Assembly (NCBI RefSeq): GCF_003704095.1
Contig: NW_020843392.1
Coordinates: 62,001 to 126,000, forward strand
Direction: 5' to 3'
Length of the DNA stretch: 64,000 nucleotides
Origin: Pocillopora damicornis
Taxonomy: Eukaryota
Every line of letters starts with the position of its first letter. Position 1 is the stretch's first letter. Positions 26,458-39,770 of this stretch are shown here, in pieces. Below the pieces are notes generated by a model that saw nothing but the letters and a program-made list of their open reading frames with translations, made no database searches and was not told the DNA's origin. Made by a program: the position numbers and the translations under genes.

Positions 26458-29400
26458 TTAAAGACTAACAAAATAGCACGAGCCCGTAGGGCGAGTGCAA
26501 TTTGTGGTCTTTGAAAAAATTAACAAGTGCTTGTTTATTCCAAATTGCACGAGAACAATCATGTGATTACGTGTTAATAATATACATGGAAAAATACGAG
26601 ATGGCTTATCATAATTAAACATAAGCACAGCGCGCGCGTCGAGTGCAAAAATAATTTATTCAAACCTTGCTTTCGGTCAAAACAACCGCGAACGATCAAA
26701 ACAATAATAAATTGTGTAATGATATCTTCACATCTTTAAGGTGCGAAAAAGGTCAAAGTCTGGCTAAACAGTTCAAGGAATTGTTTAGTCTGTGTCCGAA
26801 TCACTTTCGATAAAATGGAATCGTCATTTTTGTTTTTAATTTCGGCGTGTGATCGCTCGAGCAAAGTGTTAAGCTGGGTCGGCTCGTAATTTTCGATTTC
26901 CTCGGCAATTCCCTTCTCTAAACACCAATTTTTCCAAACTGACAACCAAAGAGCAGTGCTTTTTACAGTGTTTTCGTTGTTTAAGCCGCTTTTCAGCTGC
27001 GGTAGCGAAAGAAAGCCAACTTAAAACACCGGCCATTGTTTCGCTCGCAAATTTTCAAATTTTGTTGCGACATCCAAGGCTCGCATTTGATTGGCTATCT
27101 GTGAGTTTCTTTGATTATTGACCAATCAGAATGTCTGATTTGTTTCTTTCTTTGCACTGAATTAACCCTCTTCTGCACTGAATTAACTCTCTTCTGCACT
27201 GAATTACCTGAAAACTGCATTTATCTTAACCAATCAGAACTAAGTAATTTTTCCATGTATATTATTAAGTCTGAAATCATATGCGTGATTTGAAATCACA
27301 AGTATGATCAGACCAAAATCGCACGACACGAAATTCAATAACTACTTAATACATCCGATTTGAAATCGCAAAATTCAGTCGTTCAGATACCGTTTTTTTT
27401 ATTTTGCGCAAAAGAAAGGAGACGCACCTTCTAGGGCTGGAAGGGTCTGTTCCGGAGAACTTTCACCTGAAAAGAAGAAAACGAAATTTAAACTGACTAT
27501 CAAATTCGATTGTATCCGTGGAGCGTAAGTGATCACGCAAGCGATAGATTCCATCAGGCGCGGAAATATATATCCTCAGATAATTGATCCTCTGACAAAA
27601 GCGAACAGGATTCCGACAGCAAAGGAACTTGTGAGCTTCGTAGAGCAGATATACAGGAAAAGTATATGAGCATCTTTTCAAGCTGTATGGAGGCTCTTAA
27701 GTTTACTATCCGTTGAAGTGCGCAGAAAGCGAAAACAGCCGCCGTCTTTTCAGAACGACTTTTAGGGAAAATAATTTTTGCCTCTTTTTCTTTAGAAAAG
27801 CGAAACGCACTCTCAAATTTTATCGACTTTTAATGAAAAACTCATCACACTGGACGCAAGCTTTGAATATTAAAATATATTATTTGGGGAATATTACCCC
27901 ATATTTCAGTTTCAGTAAGTACATATTCCATGAAGTGAAGTGTTTAAACCATTAAATTTTACATTTTTGACTCGGGTCGCAGGATGTTTTTTAAATCAGA
28001 AACACCGAATTGATTAAGAGGAAACCGCGCGGACAAGGTATGGTGAAAATGCATGTGAGGTTTCATACCAAGTAGATCCTATTACTGTCTTACCTGATGA
28101 TTTGAACTTAAAAGAGACTGGTACGGGTGGAGCACCGTACACCGCCGACAGACTGTAGGGGCTGTATGTCAGCTGTATCGGCGACACAGCGTAATTTTCA
28201 CCCGGAGGCATTATTCCTTTTGGATCCAGCGTCCCTTGGACTGAGAACGACAAACGGTCCAAGAAATGCAATTTCTTGTCCAGGAACTAGACACAGAGCA
28301 TGCGAAGCAATCAATGACCTTCAACATTGGCAGATACTCATTGGGATTACCGGGAAGAAACAGATCGAGGTGCGTTAAAATACGTAGTAATCTATTGGAA
28401 AGTTTCAAGGCAGAGGGGGGCAGGGATCTGACAGGCGTATATAGATTGTGTTTTATTTGTTTGTCCGTTCGTTCACCTCTGAACTCATTTTCAGGACGAG
28501 GCCAAGTCCAAAACCCCTCTTATGAGAATAAGTTTTAACCCGTGGGCAGAATATGAACGTGTAATCTGATCGTCCGGGGGTTGCTTCTGAGAAGCACCAT
28601 TGTCGGTTAAGTGCCTGACACTTTGACAACCTGAGCGAGAGTTATTATAAGAGTCGACTGAGGAGTTGTCGTTTGTAAAGTATCATAAGTGCGGTTCGTG
28701 TAATCTGATTGGTCAGTTTAGCCGTGATACTATTGGCTATAAGACTCAACCTGCGTAAGTCAGTCGTGATTGGTCAGTTTCGATCCCGTCAGTAGTGTCA
28801 GGTTATACTGTGGGCTCGTTTGTGGTGCAAATGTTATGAATAAGTCGTTTGTAAAGTGTAACGCAAACGATTTTTCCATAACATTAACACCACAAGCCTC
28901 TCTCGCTCTAAAAGCAGAGGTTTTGCATATCTCGAAAATCTTTTATGTCAGTCCTGTCGATTGTTCGTTCTTTCAGTCAACAAACGACTCCCCTGCTCAT
29001 TGATTTTCTTTTCTTTGCAGGTTGGTCGGCTCGCCGTCTCGGTTTTTCCGTGCGCTGGGTTCTTGATTATCTTATTAATTTGGTCCTTCTGTCTGTCTGT
29101 TATTCTTTCCATAATTTCGTCCATCTAAGTGTGCGTAGGCCTTTCGTTCGGTTTATCCGTGTATCCGTCGGTCTGCACGTGTGTCTGTTTGTCCGTCCGG
29201 CCATCAGTCTGTATATCAGTTCGTTTGTCTGTCTGTCTGTCGGCTGGTCTGTGTCAATCTGTCTGTCTGTTCGTCCGCCTTTCCCTCCATTATTTCGATT
29301 TTTTATTTCACACTTTTGTGGCATCCTATTTTGTTCAATTATTTTATTTATCTTGCTACTTACGCTAAACTTGGGTCCTTGCTGAGTCTCGATGTAATTA

Positions 29401-32400
29401 ATTCCAGAGTCGTAATTCGCATCAGAATAGGTAACATAAGGTGGCAGCATCCAAAACACATTAACATTTTCTGCATATTGCTGAGAGTCTTCGTGATGAG
29501 ACACTGTTCCATTGAAATAAACTTTAGAGCTGAAAGGAATTCAGAAATTTTGAATCATATTGTCGATCCATAAGTCTGTTACATTTAAAGTCAATATGGA
29601 CCAGGGTTTGATTTTCTCTTCGAAATCACAAAGAGCGTTTGATATAGGTGAAAAGGTAGATTTTCATTTTAGAAGATACAGTATGAGCTAGAAACGAGAA
29701 CATCTTAAGGATTCATGTGAATAGTCTGAACAGCTTTGACTTTCTTGTTAAGCTAAGTTAGATTTAAAAACTTGCTAAAAATAAGAAGCTTGATAAAATT
29801 CCCCATAACAATCTTAGAGCTGGGTGAGTCTAAAGATTATATACACCTTCGTTATCAGATCAACCTGGGCGTAGGTGAACATTTACCTACGAAGCAAGTT
29901 GAACTTAAATACAGTGTACTTATTGAGTGAGACTGAAGGGCCAGACGAGAAAATATTTTGGCTCGAGGTCATGAGTTACGGCGCCGGACCGAGCGCAGCG
30001 ATCTGACTCAGTCAAGCAGCATTTCATCTTACAACTACCACTCTTCCTTTCCTCTTTCAGCCCTCATATCGTGGGGCTGCACAAGGGAAGTAGGGCTCTT
30101 CTCGGAGGCGTTTGTCCGATTCTTTTCAATAAAAGCGCGCGGGGGACCATACGGAATATATCTTATCAGACGTTCTGGTATGCAGTATCGCTGAGTATTG
30201 TTACGAGTTGTGCCGTTCGGGAACAAAATACAAACAAAGAGTGTAATCACTAAGCAATACTACACACCAAAAATTCTAATAAGTTATTTTATTATCCTCC
30301 CGTTTTTTTCTGCCAAATGATTCCCCTCATTTCTCATAAGGCGGGAAAGCAAAACGGATAGAGAAGTGTAGTGCGTGCAGCCGCCCAGTGAAACAGGTTT
30401 TTCTACAGTACAAAATAACCAAATGTATAATATCGCAGTATATGCGTACCTTATGCGCGCATTATTTTTACTCTCCTTTATGCTGTTGGAAAATAAATTT
30501 TTAGCGCATTATGCAAGCAACAAGGGACAAAAAGCTACATACTCCATAAAGACGTTAAAAAAATTTTATCTCCGAAATCAGTCATTTTAATTACCTGTTA
30601 CTCAAAGTGGTCGAATCTTTGCAAGCCAACTTTGAATCTTGCAAAAAGCAAGAAGCTTCAATCTGTAAGATTGGTCTCCTGTCTTGGGGGACGTCAGCAA
30701 TGAGCGCCACATCACCAATCCACATCATGCGTTTGCCACCCCTCACCCCAACCCCCACCCAGTGCTTGGAGCCATTTGTCACGTTGGCGTGGTCGTTCAC
30801 AACGATTTCAAACTCAATCTCGATCTTGTTTTCGGGAGCGTCCGAGTCTCCATTCTTATTCTCTACCTCACCGAAATCAATCGAACCACGATCGTGAAGT
30901 TTTGTGTCTCCAACAGTTGAGTTGAGGGTTGCCTTTACGCTGCTAAAGTCAATGCCGCTGTTGTTGACGATATTTTTCCCCACACTTTTGACTTCAAGCG
31001 AGACCAATGACATGATTGAGGTCCCGTTCACAGGAAGAATGACCTGCAACAGTGAAAGAGATTCGCTTAGCGTTGCAGTAGAGAATTGCGACTGATGAAG
31101 TGTGTCTTGGGCCAACAATACCTTGTCATTAGCTTTCCTCAAGCGAAAGAAAATGCTGACTACTTAAGGCTAGAAAGCACGAGTTTGGCTTAATAGGGAG
31201 AACCGCTTTTAAACCTAATCTACCCTGTCTCTTACCCGCTCAATAGAGAATTACATATACTTCCTTCCCTTAGTTCCACAAACCAATTTTTTGATGCGCT
31301 ACAGAAACGCGTAAATGTAAGGTAGATATAACTTTATCCCAGTGGGTTTGTGCGTGGTCAAAAATGAATGGTTTATGTGTTTGTTTAATTATGTTTTTGG
31401 ATGTTCCAGATTCCCTAGTGGATAGAATGCTGTTTAACAGCTATTTTAAAGGTTGTATTTTTTACACCCCATCTGTATCCATTCACGTCTTTAATTAGAA
31501 AGAAGGAGAAGCCCGTGTTTCCAAGAAAAAAAAAAGTAAGAGTGACTTCTGTCAATCACTGAATCCACTCTTGTACAATACAGTCTCCTAATGCTAATAT
31601 TTAGCACTAACCTGTAACATGAAGAACGTGAATTCTTGTGAGAATCTATTCTTAATCCTCTATTGAATGTGGTCAGAAAGCTGAAGGTCATTGCTTCTTA
31701 CAAAATTAAGGTGGCAAAGAATTATTCCTAGCATTTACAGCTTTATTTAAGAGTTCATTTACCTCTACTTTCAAAGTGGACTTCATTTTTCGCATCAAGA
31801 TGCTGAAATTAAATTTGGCGCGGCCACCTATGCGTATCTGATTGGATGAGCCGCTGAGTTTCAATGAGAATCCTGGAACCCCGGCCACGTAAGGCGGGGA
31901 AGGCTGGTGACTGGTATTGAGCTTCTCATCTCCTCTCATGTTCTGGTATTTAAGCTGCATGAAAATGTCTAGGGTCTCCAGAGGAGAGATTTTGTCACTG
32001 ACTTCTAGATCAAGTTTTCCAGTAATCTCCTGGCCTAAAAGATTGGGCGTAATAAGAAAGAATGAAAATCTATCAACACTACAAGTCAAGAACAAATACT
32101 ATAAGTATGCAAATTCCTTGTTATCATGGGCCGTCATGCGAGGACTGTGTTCACAAGTTGTGGAAAATGGTTGGGTTGAAATATAATTCAAAGACTTGCC
32201 AGAAGATAGTCAAATGAAAACTGTTTACAAATCTATAAAATTTATTGTTGAGTTTCATGTTGACGTGTTGCAACAATTCCTCCTTCCAGTAAATTCAATC
32301 TTTCGCATGCATGAAATAAAACCATCTTAGACTTTTCAACCTCTTTAATATACCCAATGACAACATCAACTCAACTTTCAAACTTAAGAGAAAGCTTGGT

Positions 32401-35400
32401 TGATATTTGGAATTGATTNNNNNNNNNNNNNNNNNNNNNNNNNNNNNNNNNNNNNNNNNNNNNNNNNNNNNNNNNNNNNNNNNNNNNNNNNNNNNNNNNN
32501 NNNNNNNNNNNNNNNNNNGAATAGTATTATTAAAGTTTTTATCATAGTGAAGGGCTGAAAATTAAACTAACAAGATCTCCGTTTCTAGGCTTGGCTAAAT
32601 CTGTATATTCTATCAACAAACTGTGGTTCTGAAACATTGTAACAGTCGACTAACCTTAACCTTAGTTTTTTTTTTTTACATACCTTGTGGAAGATTCGGG
32701 ACGGAGGATTCATCCGAACGAAAACCATCTATTATATTCAGGTCTTTGTTCGCGTTGCCTGACTCGTTGTAAACACCTTTCAGAATTCTGAGAGTGTTGG
32801 AATAGAATGATATTCGCACGTTTTTGGCGTCTTCATAAGACGTGTTTTCCATGTGTTTTACAACCCAGGTAACGGACACTTTGTCTCCGATCAGGTATCG
32901 ATTGCTGGCAGTGTCGTTGACGGTTGTGAATTCGGCAGTTAACGATGGCTCATGCTGCTCGTTATAAGTTACAAAGGGATAAGAGAAACGCTAGTATTTA
33001 AAACTCCTTGAGTTGGTTCGAAAAATATTTATCTTGTATTTTGTCAAAAAAAGTAAAGTAGCCACTCGTCGAGATTAACCCTTCACCAACTAATATCATA
33101 TATGACAGATAGGGTATATACGGGATATTGTTATATAGCTGGCAGCACCCGTGGGCAAGATGAAGCGAATCCTGTGTTCCGATAGACAAACTGTGCTAAT
33201 AAGAATCCACTTAAATTTTTGGTCCATAAAAACTCAAAAAAGGGAGAGAGAAAAAAGAACTCTTCCAATACCCAGCCATCTTTACCTCACGCTTGGTCAA
33301 TAACGCATACATATGACGAACTATTATGAAAAAATGCATTTTGAACTGACACACCTTGTACACAAACAGTGCCTCTTGTCCAACCCACAGCATCTGATAT
33401 CCACTGCGCATGCCTGCACCTACCCAGTGTTTTGAGTTATTAGCCAGTTTAGGATGATCTTTGATGGTCACATTGAAATCTATGACAATTTTTCTCTCGG
33501 ACTCATCGTTCCCGGTGACCTTCAGAGAGAAAATAAGTACAGCGAAGTTCAACACAATTTCAAACGTAATCCTAAGCTACAGTGGTTTTGTTTTAATACG
33601 CTTTCCGGCTTGTCGTGAAAAAAAATTGTGCTGCCTTCTTAACCAATTAAATGCAAAAGTAGAATCAATTACGACTTGATCATTCAAAATTTCTTCTTCC
33701 CCTCCCCGGAGTTCTCATTAGCTCCTTCGGTTTTTTCCCTTGGGTCTGATTAGCCGTTGTGAGTACTTTCATAATGTATATTTCGCCACTCTCGATGACA
33801 ATTTTCTCTAAACAGAAGTAAGATGTACATAAGCGCTACTTCGAGAAAGATGTTAAAAAAAAAATACTGTTGGAGCACAAGCTGAAAACGCACGATCGTC
33901 ACTGGTTTAAAGGTTCAATCGAGGTTTTAGGTAAAAAGTAAGAAAAATTCATCCCTTATTACCTCACTGTTCTCGTGGACCTAATTAGAGTGTGGGAAAT
34001 CGCGCGTATAGGAAGAGCTTAAACCAATAGTGACATTTAGCACCAGGGTTTTCAGCGGAAACCTCGAACGACAAACCGGTGGAGGTCACGTGATCAAGCC
34101 AAGAGGTAGGTTTTCACGTAAGTGATTTAGCTGAACGTTTTTTATCCTGAATTTGTTTTTATGCCACGCACAAATCAGAAAGTTTTGTAAACCAGTCTTT
34201 TTAGAACAAGTTTAGATATATTTTTTAGCGAATGAGTGAAAATAGGACTTCTTGTTGCCATTTGAAAATCAAACACTGCTGTTGTCTGGAAATTCAATAC
34301 GGCGTAAATTTGCTTGAGGTTGGAGAGGTGTAGCTAAAGCGGTAGAAGCCATAAACGTCAAACGCCAAACTCCTAACCTGAAACTGCCTTTTCAGGTTTG
34401 CTGTTAATGCGAAAACCCTGGTGCTAAATGTCTCTAATTAAAACTTTTTGAGTGAGCAGAAAATTTCAACTTTTAATTAAATGTAGTTGGTATTTGAAAC
34501 AAAATTTCAGACATGAAATTCTCCAGCTATGTATGTTATTTTAGCAATTGTTCGCCTCAGGTTCCGTGAATATTGTTGAATAATACTTGTGACGAAGTTG
34601 AGGGGATTATTGAGTAACATTCACTGACCTTGAGGCAAAAGATGTTTATCTTACAGAAAATATTTTTTACTTACAGTTAAGTTACCAAAATCCAGAACAG
34701 CGCGATCGTTGAAAGGTACTTCCTCGCTGGAGTCATACGAAGCTATAGGGGGCTGAACAATTTGTGCAGGTGCAGTTTTTATGTTGGTTCCCACTCTCTT
34801 GACCATCACATTGTGCAGTTCCATGAAAGAGAAGTCGTTGATGTTGGTTGTAATCTCAACGAGCAGGGAGAAGTCCAAGTTGGGCATGGTGATGGTCATG
34901 CTATAACCTGTCGTGTTGCCCACCCACAAGTCTGCAAGTCATTTCAAAAGAAAATATTACACTTATCTACCTATAGGTCTGTAGGTGGTATTGGAGAGAA
35001 AATTACATTAATTCATGTTCAAGACGAATAAATGGGCAAAACTTTGAGATGTGTTGTGCCACAAATCTGGAGATTCACACCAATGCTGAGTAGTAATTAC
35101 ATTAAATCAATCAGTTAAATGTATCTTATTAAAGATCTGAGGATATGTTTTAAAACAACACCAGAGCAAAATGAATATCTTTATTTAGGATACACTCGAT
35201 TGCAAAACTGTTAACAACTATAAAGCATGATCCATGAACAAAGAGACCCTACGGACTTAGCACAGGTACATAATCAATGCTTTACTTTTTCATTATTCGT
35301 GAAAATCTTTTTTCAAGATAATTCTTTTCTTTTTAAAAGTGTGGATGATTTCGATCATTTACCACATGCATCTTGGTTATCATGTACATGTGTACCCATA

Positions 35401-38400
35401 AAGCGGTTGGGTCCCACTGTTCGTTGCGTATGCTTTTTAGAATCAACGTTTTTATTTGCAACAGAGTTTATGCCTCACAACTTAATGGTGCTCTTTACGT
35501 ACGCTAATCGGCTGGCTAGGAAGTGATCGGTGATTAACAAGTACTATTCAGTTCCGAACAGCCGTAAAAAAGACAAAATCAAACTTCTTAAGTTTAATTT
35601 CTGACTATTTTTCTGTATTTTGACAGAAATAAGCTATTTTTTGGTTTGTTTCTGTGTGGCATGAACCAAAACAATTATTCACCTCAGTGTCGGTGAAAGT
35701 TATTCATCTCCACTTCTGTGAATAATTGTTAAATTAAATAGGCCATCTCGCACCGTCAATTCGCGAATCTCTAAGGGAAGTGATAACCAGTGATACTTAC
35801 ACGAATAGTCAATCCTGGACAGCGACACCGTCGGAAAAACAGCATATAGGGTTGGTTGAGAGGAAGCAGGGCCATAATGGTAATTACTACCACTGCCATC
35901 ATTACCTGTGACCAACACAGAAAAGTAGAGATTTGCCAAAGGCTGAATCGAGCTTTTAACAGTAGCGTTGAAAGCGACGTACACCGCGGCTGCACTTGCC
36001 AGGTCTGCAATCTCGAATGAAATTGCACTTGAATTGTACACAACTCCGTTGATAGCTCCGACCAGAGAGCCTTGCTCAGGTTCAAGAAACTGGGACCAAA
36101 GAACGACTTTAAGTTGCTTTACTAAGTCAGCGGATGCTGATTGGTTGTGAGTCAGATTAAGGGTGAACTGAATCTTGTCGCCAATGTTGTAGTAGGTGAT
36201 ATTATGGACCACCGGGCTTAATTCCACTTTGAGTGACTTGGACACCGTCGAAGGCTGAAAAACAGGAGTGTTGGTAAATGAAAAGTTCATCATTTGTCTC
36301 CCGATTTAGATTAATCATTTTTATTTCATAATTTATTTTGAACTTCTTAATTCTGGACTATCTCAGTGTAGATCGTTTAACTTGTGCATTTATTGATACT
36401 TCCCGATTTTTACTTGATTAATGCCAACTATACTTAGAAGGAACGTTTATTACAAACTTGTATTTGTATCAGTGAACACCTTCTTATTCAAATACATTCA
36501 GACGCCATGAGCTAATAGATGTGGCGCAATAGAAATTCTTCGTTATTACTATAGTTACTATCATCATTATTATTATTATTGTTAGAATTATTATTATTTA
36601 CATATGATATGGCCCGTCTGACAATATGATGCATATCTTCATTGCAATCTTCTTCGAAGCCGTTGCTGCAAGCTGCATCTATGAGACAAAAGACTCTGTT
36701 GAGTTCATAATTAAAAAATGCTTCTTGACGTAAGAAGAAAAGAGAAGAAAAGAAAAAACAGCTTTTTGGTAATGATTTCGTTTGCTGTCCTTGACATCCA
36801 ATGGAAGCCATAAAGAAAAAAAAGACCTGCACATCTTACAAATGGACATGCCGTTTGCCAAGTACGGACAGATGTCAAACTCTTAGGACTAAATTGTCTG
36901 AAGCGCAGATGTGTTTTCACCCTCAATCAATAGAAAAAACGAAGGTATGGTTTCACTCGCCTGAATTAGCAATTATCAAGGCAGTCCAGTTTTCTACATG
37001 GTGAGACATCCACGTGCGTGAATATAGAGACCAGTCATTATTCATGTTCTAAGGGGTGGGGGCCGAGAGGGCAGGGGGGCCGGAGGATTTTGAGGGGATC
37101 ACATGGTTTTCAGAGGGCAAGTAGTCTTCACTAATAAAGTATTTCGGGGGGACCGTACAAAGTTGACTGCTGATTGACTGCCAGTGAAGAGGATCATGAC
37201 AATATCACTAAACCTTATGGATGTGATCGGGTAAATTTCATCACAACACAACCAAAATGCTCCTAACACCCCTCCTTGTCCTCCCCCCCCCCCCAAGTGA
37301 TAAATAATAATGATCGGTCACTAAGTGGGTTCATTCAGAAACGCTTCTTGAATCAAGTTGATTCTTATTTATTAACTCCGTTTCTCCTCTTAATTTGAGA
37401 TGAAAACCATTATTTGGCAAGCACTACTGAGTCGACGAAAGAAGAATACTTTAACTGAAAGGATTACTCTTACGTACACTTTGTTTGGCTTACTTCTTTC
37501 ATTTTTATGGCAACCTAAATTGGCAGTCGACCAATAGCCGGGGTAAAGCATCTCTGACACCATAGAAAAAATGCAGCGGAAATGTTTTATACTAAAAGTG
37601 TTTGTTTGAAATCCTTTTCGGAATTAAAATCAATTGCCAAACCTTTAAAGATAACTTCTCCTAAGTGAACTGCATCCTCCTTCATCGAGGACATTTTGTC
37701 AAGAGAGCCGATTACGTTTATTCATCTTTGAAACAAAGTTTTGCCAATCGGTGCAAACATTTTCACCTACTGGGTTTATGCTCCCTCAAACGAAGTGAAA
37801 ATATTTCAAATTTACGCGCGAATTACTGAAAAATCCCCTTTGGAAAAGTTCTCTATAGCAAAAAAATATAAGCATGCAAATCTTCGTCCCTGTCTCGTTC
37901 ATATTGTATTTCAAGCTGAAGCACGGCTGCAACTGGGAAGAATTTCGGTCAGGAATAAATATCCTTTCTTCTTCTTTAAGTTAGAGTCTACAATTTTCAT
38001 CTGCTAATTAAGAGCAAAGTCTCTCCTCCCCTTTTCACCTTTTAAACAGTTTCTTGTTTCTTCACTTCAGGAAAAAAAGACAATATTTTCTTTATTGCAA
38101 GGTAAAATTAATAATGTCGGCCATCTTCTTGACGAAACGTTGTTGCGGTGCAAGAATAGCCTTGAATCTTGGTCCAAGAATAGTCTTTTTTCAGAGTTTG
38201 ATTGCACCATGTTCATTGCTCGGCCGACTTCAATTTACTTTTGAATACGGAGGATCCCTAACTACGTCTTTTAGAACTTAACTTGTTTTTATGAAAGCTG
38301 CGCCAAACCAAATATTTGTGGTGAACAAGTTATATCTGCTGAGCTCAGCTCAGAGAAGATTCGTACAACGTTATATTGAACAAACGTTCTAAACATACTG

Positions 38401-39770
38401 AACTCTTAACCTTCTCAGTTCATTCAGACGAAGTTCATCACCGATTTTGAAAGAAAACCATTCCAAAGCCTCCCGCTAAACTAACTAAGATAAACGGCAC
38501 AAAAATATCACACAAAAGATATAGCTTTACAGGAAAGGAAAGTCGCTATGAATCCCGGACATTTTCACGAACGTCTTGAGTGTTGAAGACAGCTCACCAG
38601 TTCAAATTATAATAACAATTTTGTAAACTTTACATCGCAAAACCAGTCGCAGTTATGATCTGTCAACAAAGATTTCGGATGATACTGGCTTAGAGAAGAA
38701 GAAAATGGCTTTTTCAGTTTATTTCGAGGCCTAACATCATAAAATTATGCAGAGGGAAACTTTTGTGGATATGATATGATTCCGCTCGGAAAAAAACTTA
38801 AAATCAACAATTTATTCTTTGTATTATAAAGGTGTTGCAAGGCAGTCCTCTGTTTGTATGAAAATTGCTCCATTATCTTCATAAAGCATGGATGAGATAA
38901 AAATCTTAGTATCTTCTGAATCTTTGGATTCAGTTTTAAACTGGCCTTTAGAACACCGCATAAGCTCAGCGTCTTCGGGCTTCAAATATATTACACATCA
39001 GGGGCTCTTCGCCTATCACTCGTTAATAATGTATAACAACAGAAAATTATACTAAGTCACGGCCGATTATGCAGTATTTCCCCTCTCTACGGAAATTGAA
39101 GCTGTGCGTCGACTAGGAACATCATAAAGTTCGATATAAACTTGTGCTCTTTTAGATGCGATATTTCATAAGAACAGAAGTAGCGCCTTTCGAAAGCGGG
39201 ATTCCATGCTGGCCATACATAGAATGTACCCTTTTCTTGTCAGTTAAGAAGTTAAATATTTTTCACACGTAAAATAAAAACATCTGGATTAATAATGGAA
39301 ATTCAACAAGGTTTCTTCTTGTTTCAGACTTCGGATAACGGAAAATTAAAATTTCATGTTGAATGTAAAAATTTTTCCTGGAGCTCGAGAAACTAGTTAA
39401 GATTTGATGCTGAATGTCGACTCCATGAAATATCTTAAACTCGCTTCTGTAGTATAACGTTCACCAACGGACCAAGATTTATTACATCGCAATCTTTTTC
39501 GCATTTTGTTTGACTATAATTCGTAATTTCTGGATTGTTATAGCAATAAAAACCGGCGTGAAATGGCATCTGCGGCTGTAAAATTTCGATAAATTGCGGT
39601 CAAGGATTAATGTAAAATTTCCCTAATGTCCCTCGAGGATTAAGCTTAGATACAAGAACAGAATTATCGCTTTTATACTTACGTGCGATAGGTCTTCCGG
39701 CAAAGAATAGAGTTGAAAAACAACAAAAAAGGAGATGAATTCCCCAAAACGAGAAGATACCCGCGTTCAT
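23693..39770 (-). CDS. Uncharacterised secreted glycoprotein (~956 aa, 15 exons) with alternating A/B beta-sandwich-like repeats and an Asp-box-containing C-terminal module
   Basis: Exons: 39770-39683 (signal peptide MNAGIFSFWGIHLLFCCFSTLFFAGRPIA), 36678-36602, 36254-35801, 34931-34675, 33519-33355, 32954-32684, 32034-31763, 31043-30595, 29529-29364, 28286-28094, 27466-27428, 26346-26274, 25662-25613, 24963-24724, 23769-23693 (..KAQWKCCGK*). All introns are GT-AG and phase-compatible; 2871 nt with no internal stop. Clear internal repeats (DFG..KI.I(D/E)F..DH..N.SKHWVG.G.R.G..M.W.G twice). Confidence 0.88.
24022..24208. mobile_element. MITE, TAACCCTTTA..TAAAGGGTTA family (degenerate copy)
   Basis: Starts TAACCCTTTACACCTTAAGATCAG. 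The interior is largely the reverse complement of the copy at 47210-47420. Confidence 0.65.
26370..27380 (-). mobile_element. Non-autonomous Crypton-like (DUF3504/ZMYM-KCTD1-QRICH1 type) element with palindromic end
   Basis: Minus-strand QLKSGLNNENTVKSTALWLSVWKNWCLEKGIAEEIENYEPTQLNTLLERSHAEIKNKN (~26830-27000) resembles the N-terminal NT.K.T.W..W..L...L..FYAE.K..G region of CryptonA/DUF3504 proteins and is truncated. There is a ~165-bp inverted repeat at 26404-26570 and a 21-bp tandem repeat (TGCACTGAATTAAC(C/T)CTCTTC) at ~27153-27207. Confidence 0.7.
28545..28800. repeat. Decayed Penelope-like, hammerhead-associated interspersed repeat
   Basis: CTGACACTTTGACAACCTGAGCGAGAGTTATTATAAGAGTC resembles a decayed reverse complement of a CTGAAGA-stem-GAAAC minimal hammerhead repeat recalled from cnidarian genomes. 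The catalytic core is not intact. Confidence 0.35.
29020..29285. repeat. Low-complexity GTCT/GTCC/GTCG microsatellite-like tract
   Basis: Degenerate tetranucleotide run in intron 9 of the secreted-protein gene; it generates spurious ORFs. Confidence 0.75.
34028..34436. mobile_element. MITE with ~26-bp terminal inverted repeats
   Basis: TAGTGACATTTAGCACCAGGGTTTTC at 34028 and GAAAACCCTGGTGCTAAATGTCTCTA ending at 34436 (one mismatch). Confidence 0.85.

Noticed and set aside
28945-29573. Several overlapping 79-146 aa ORFs
   Set aside because: Generated by the GTCT low-complexity tract. Only 29529-29364 on the minus strand is a real exon.
37470-37700. Possible alternative first exon of the secreted-protein gene
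   Set aside because: The open frame reaches the GT donor in phase 0, which is incompatible with the phase-1 exon 2, and it encodes no signal peptide.
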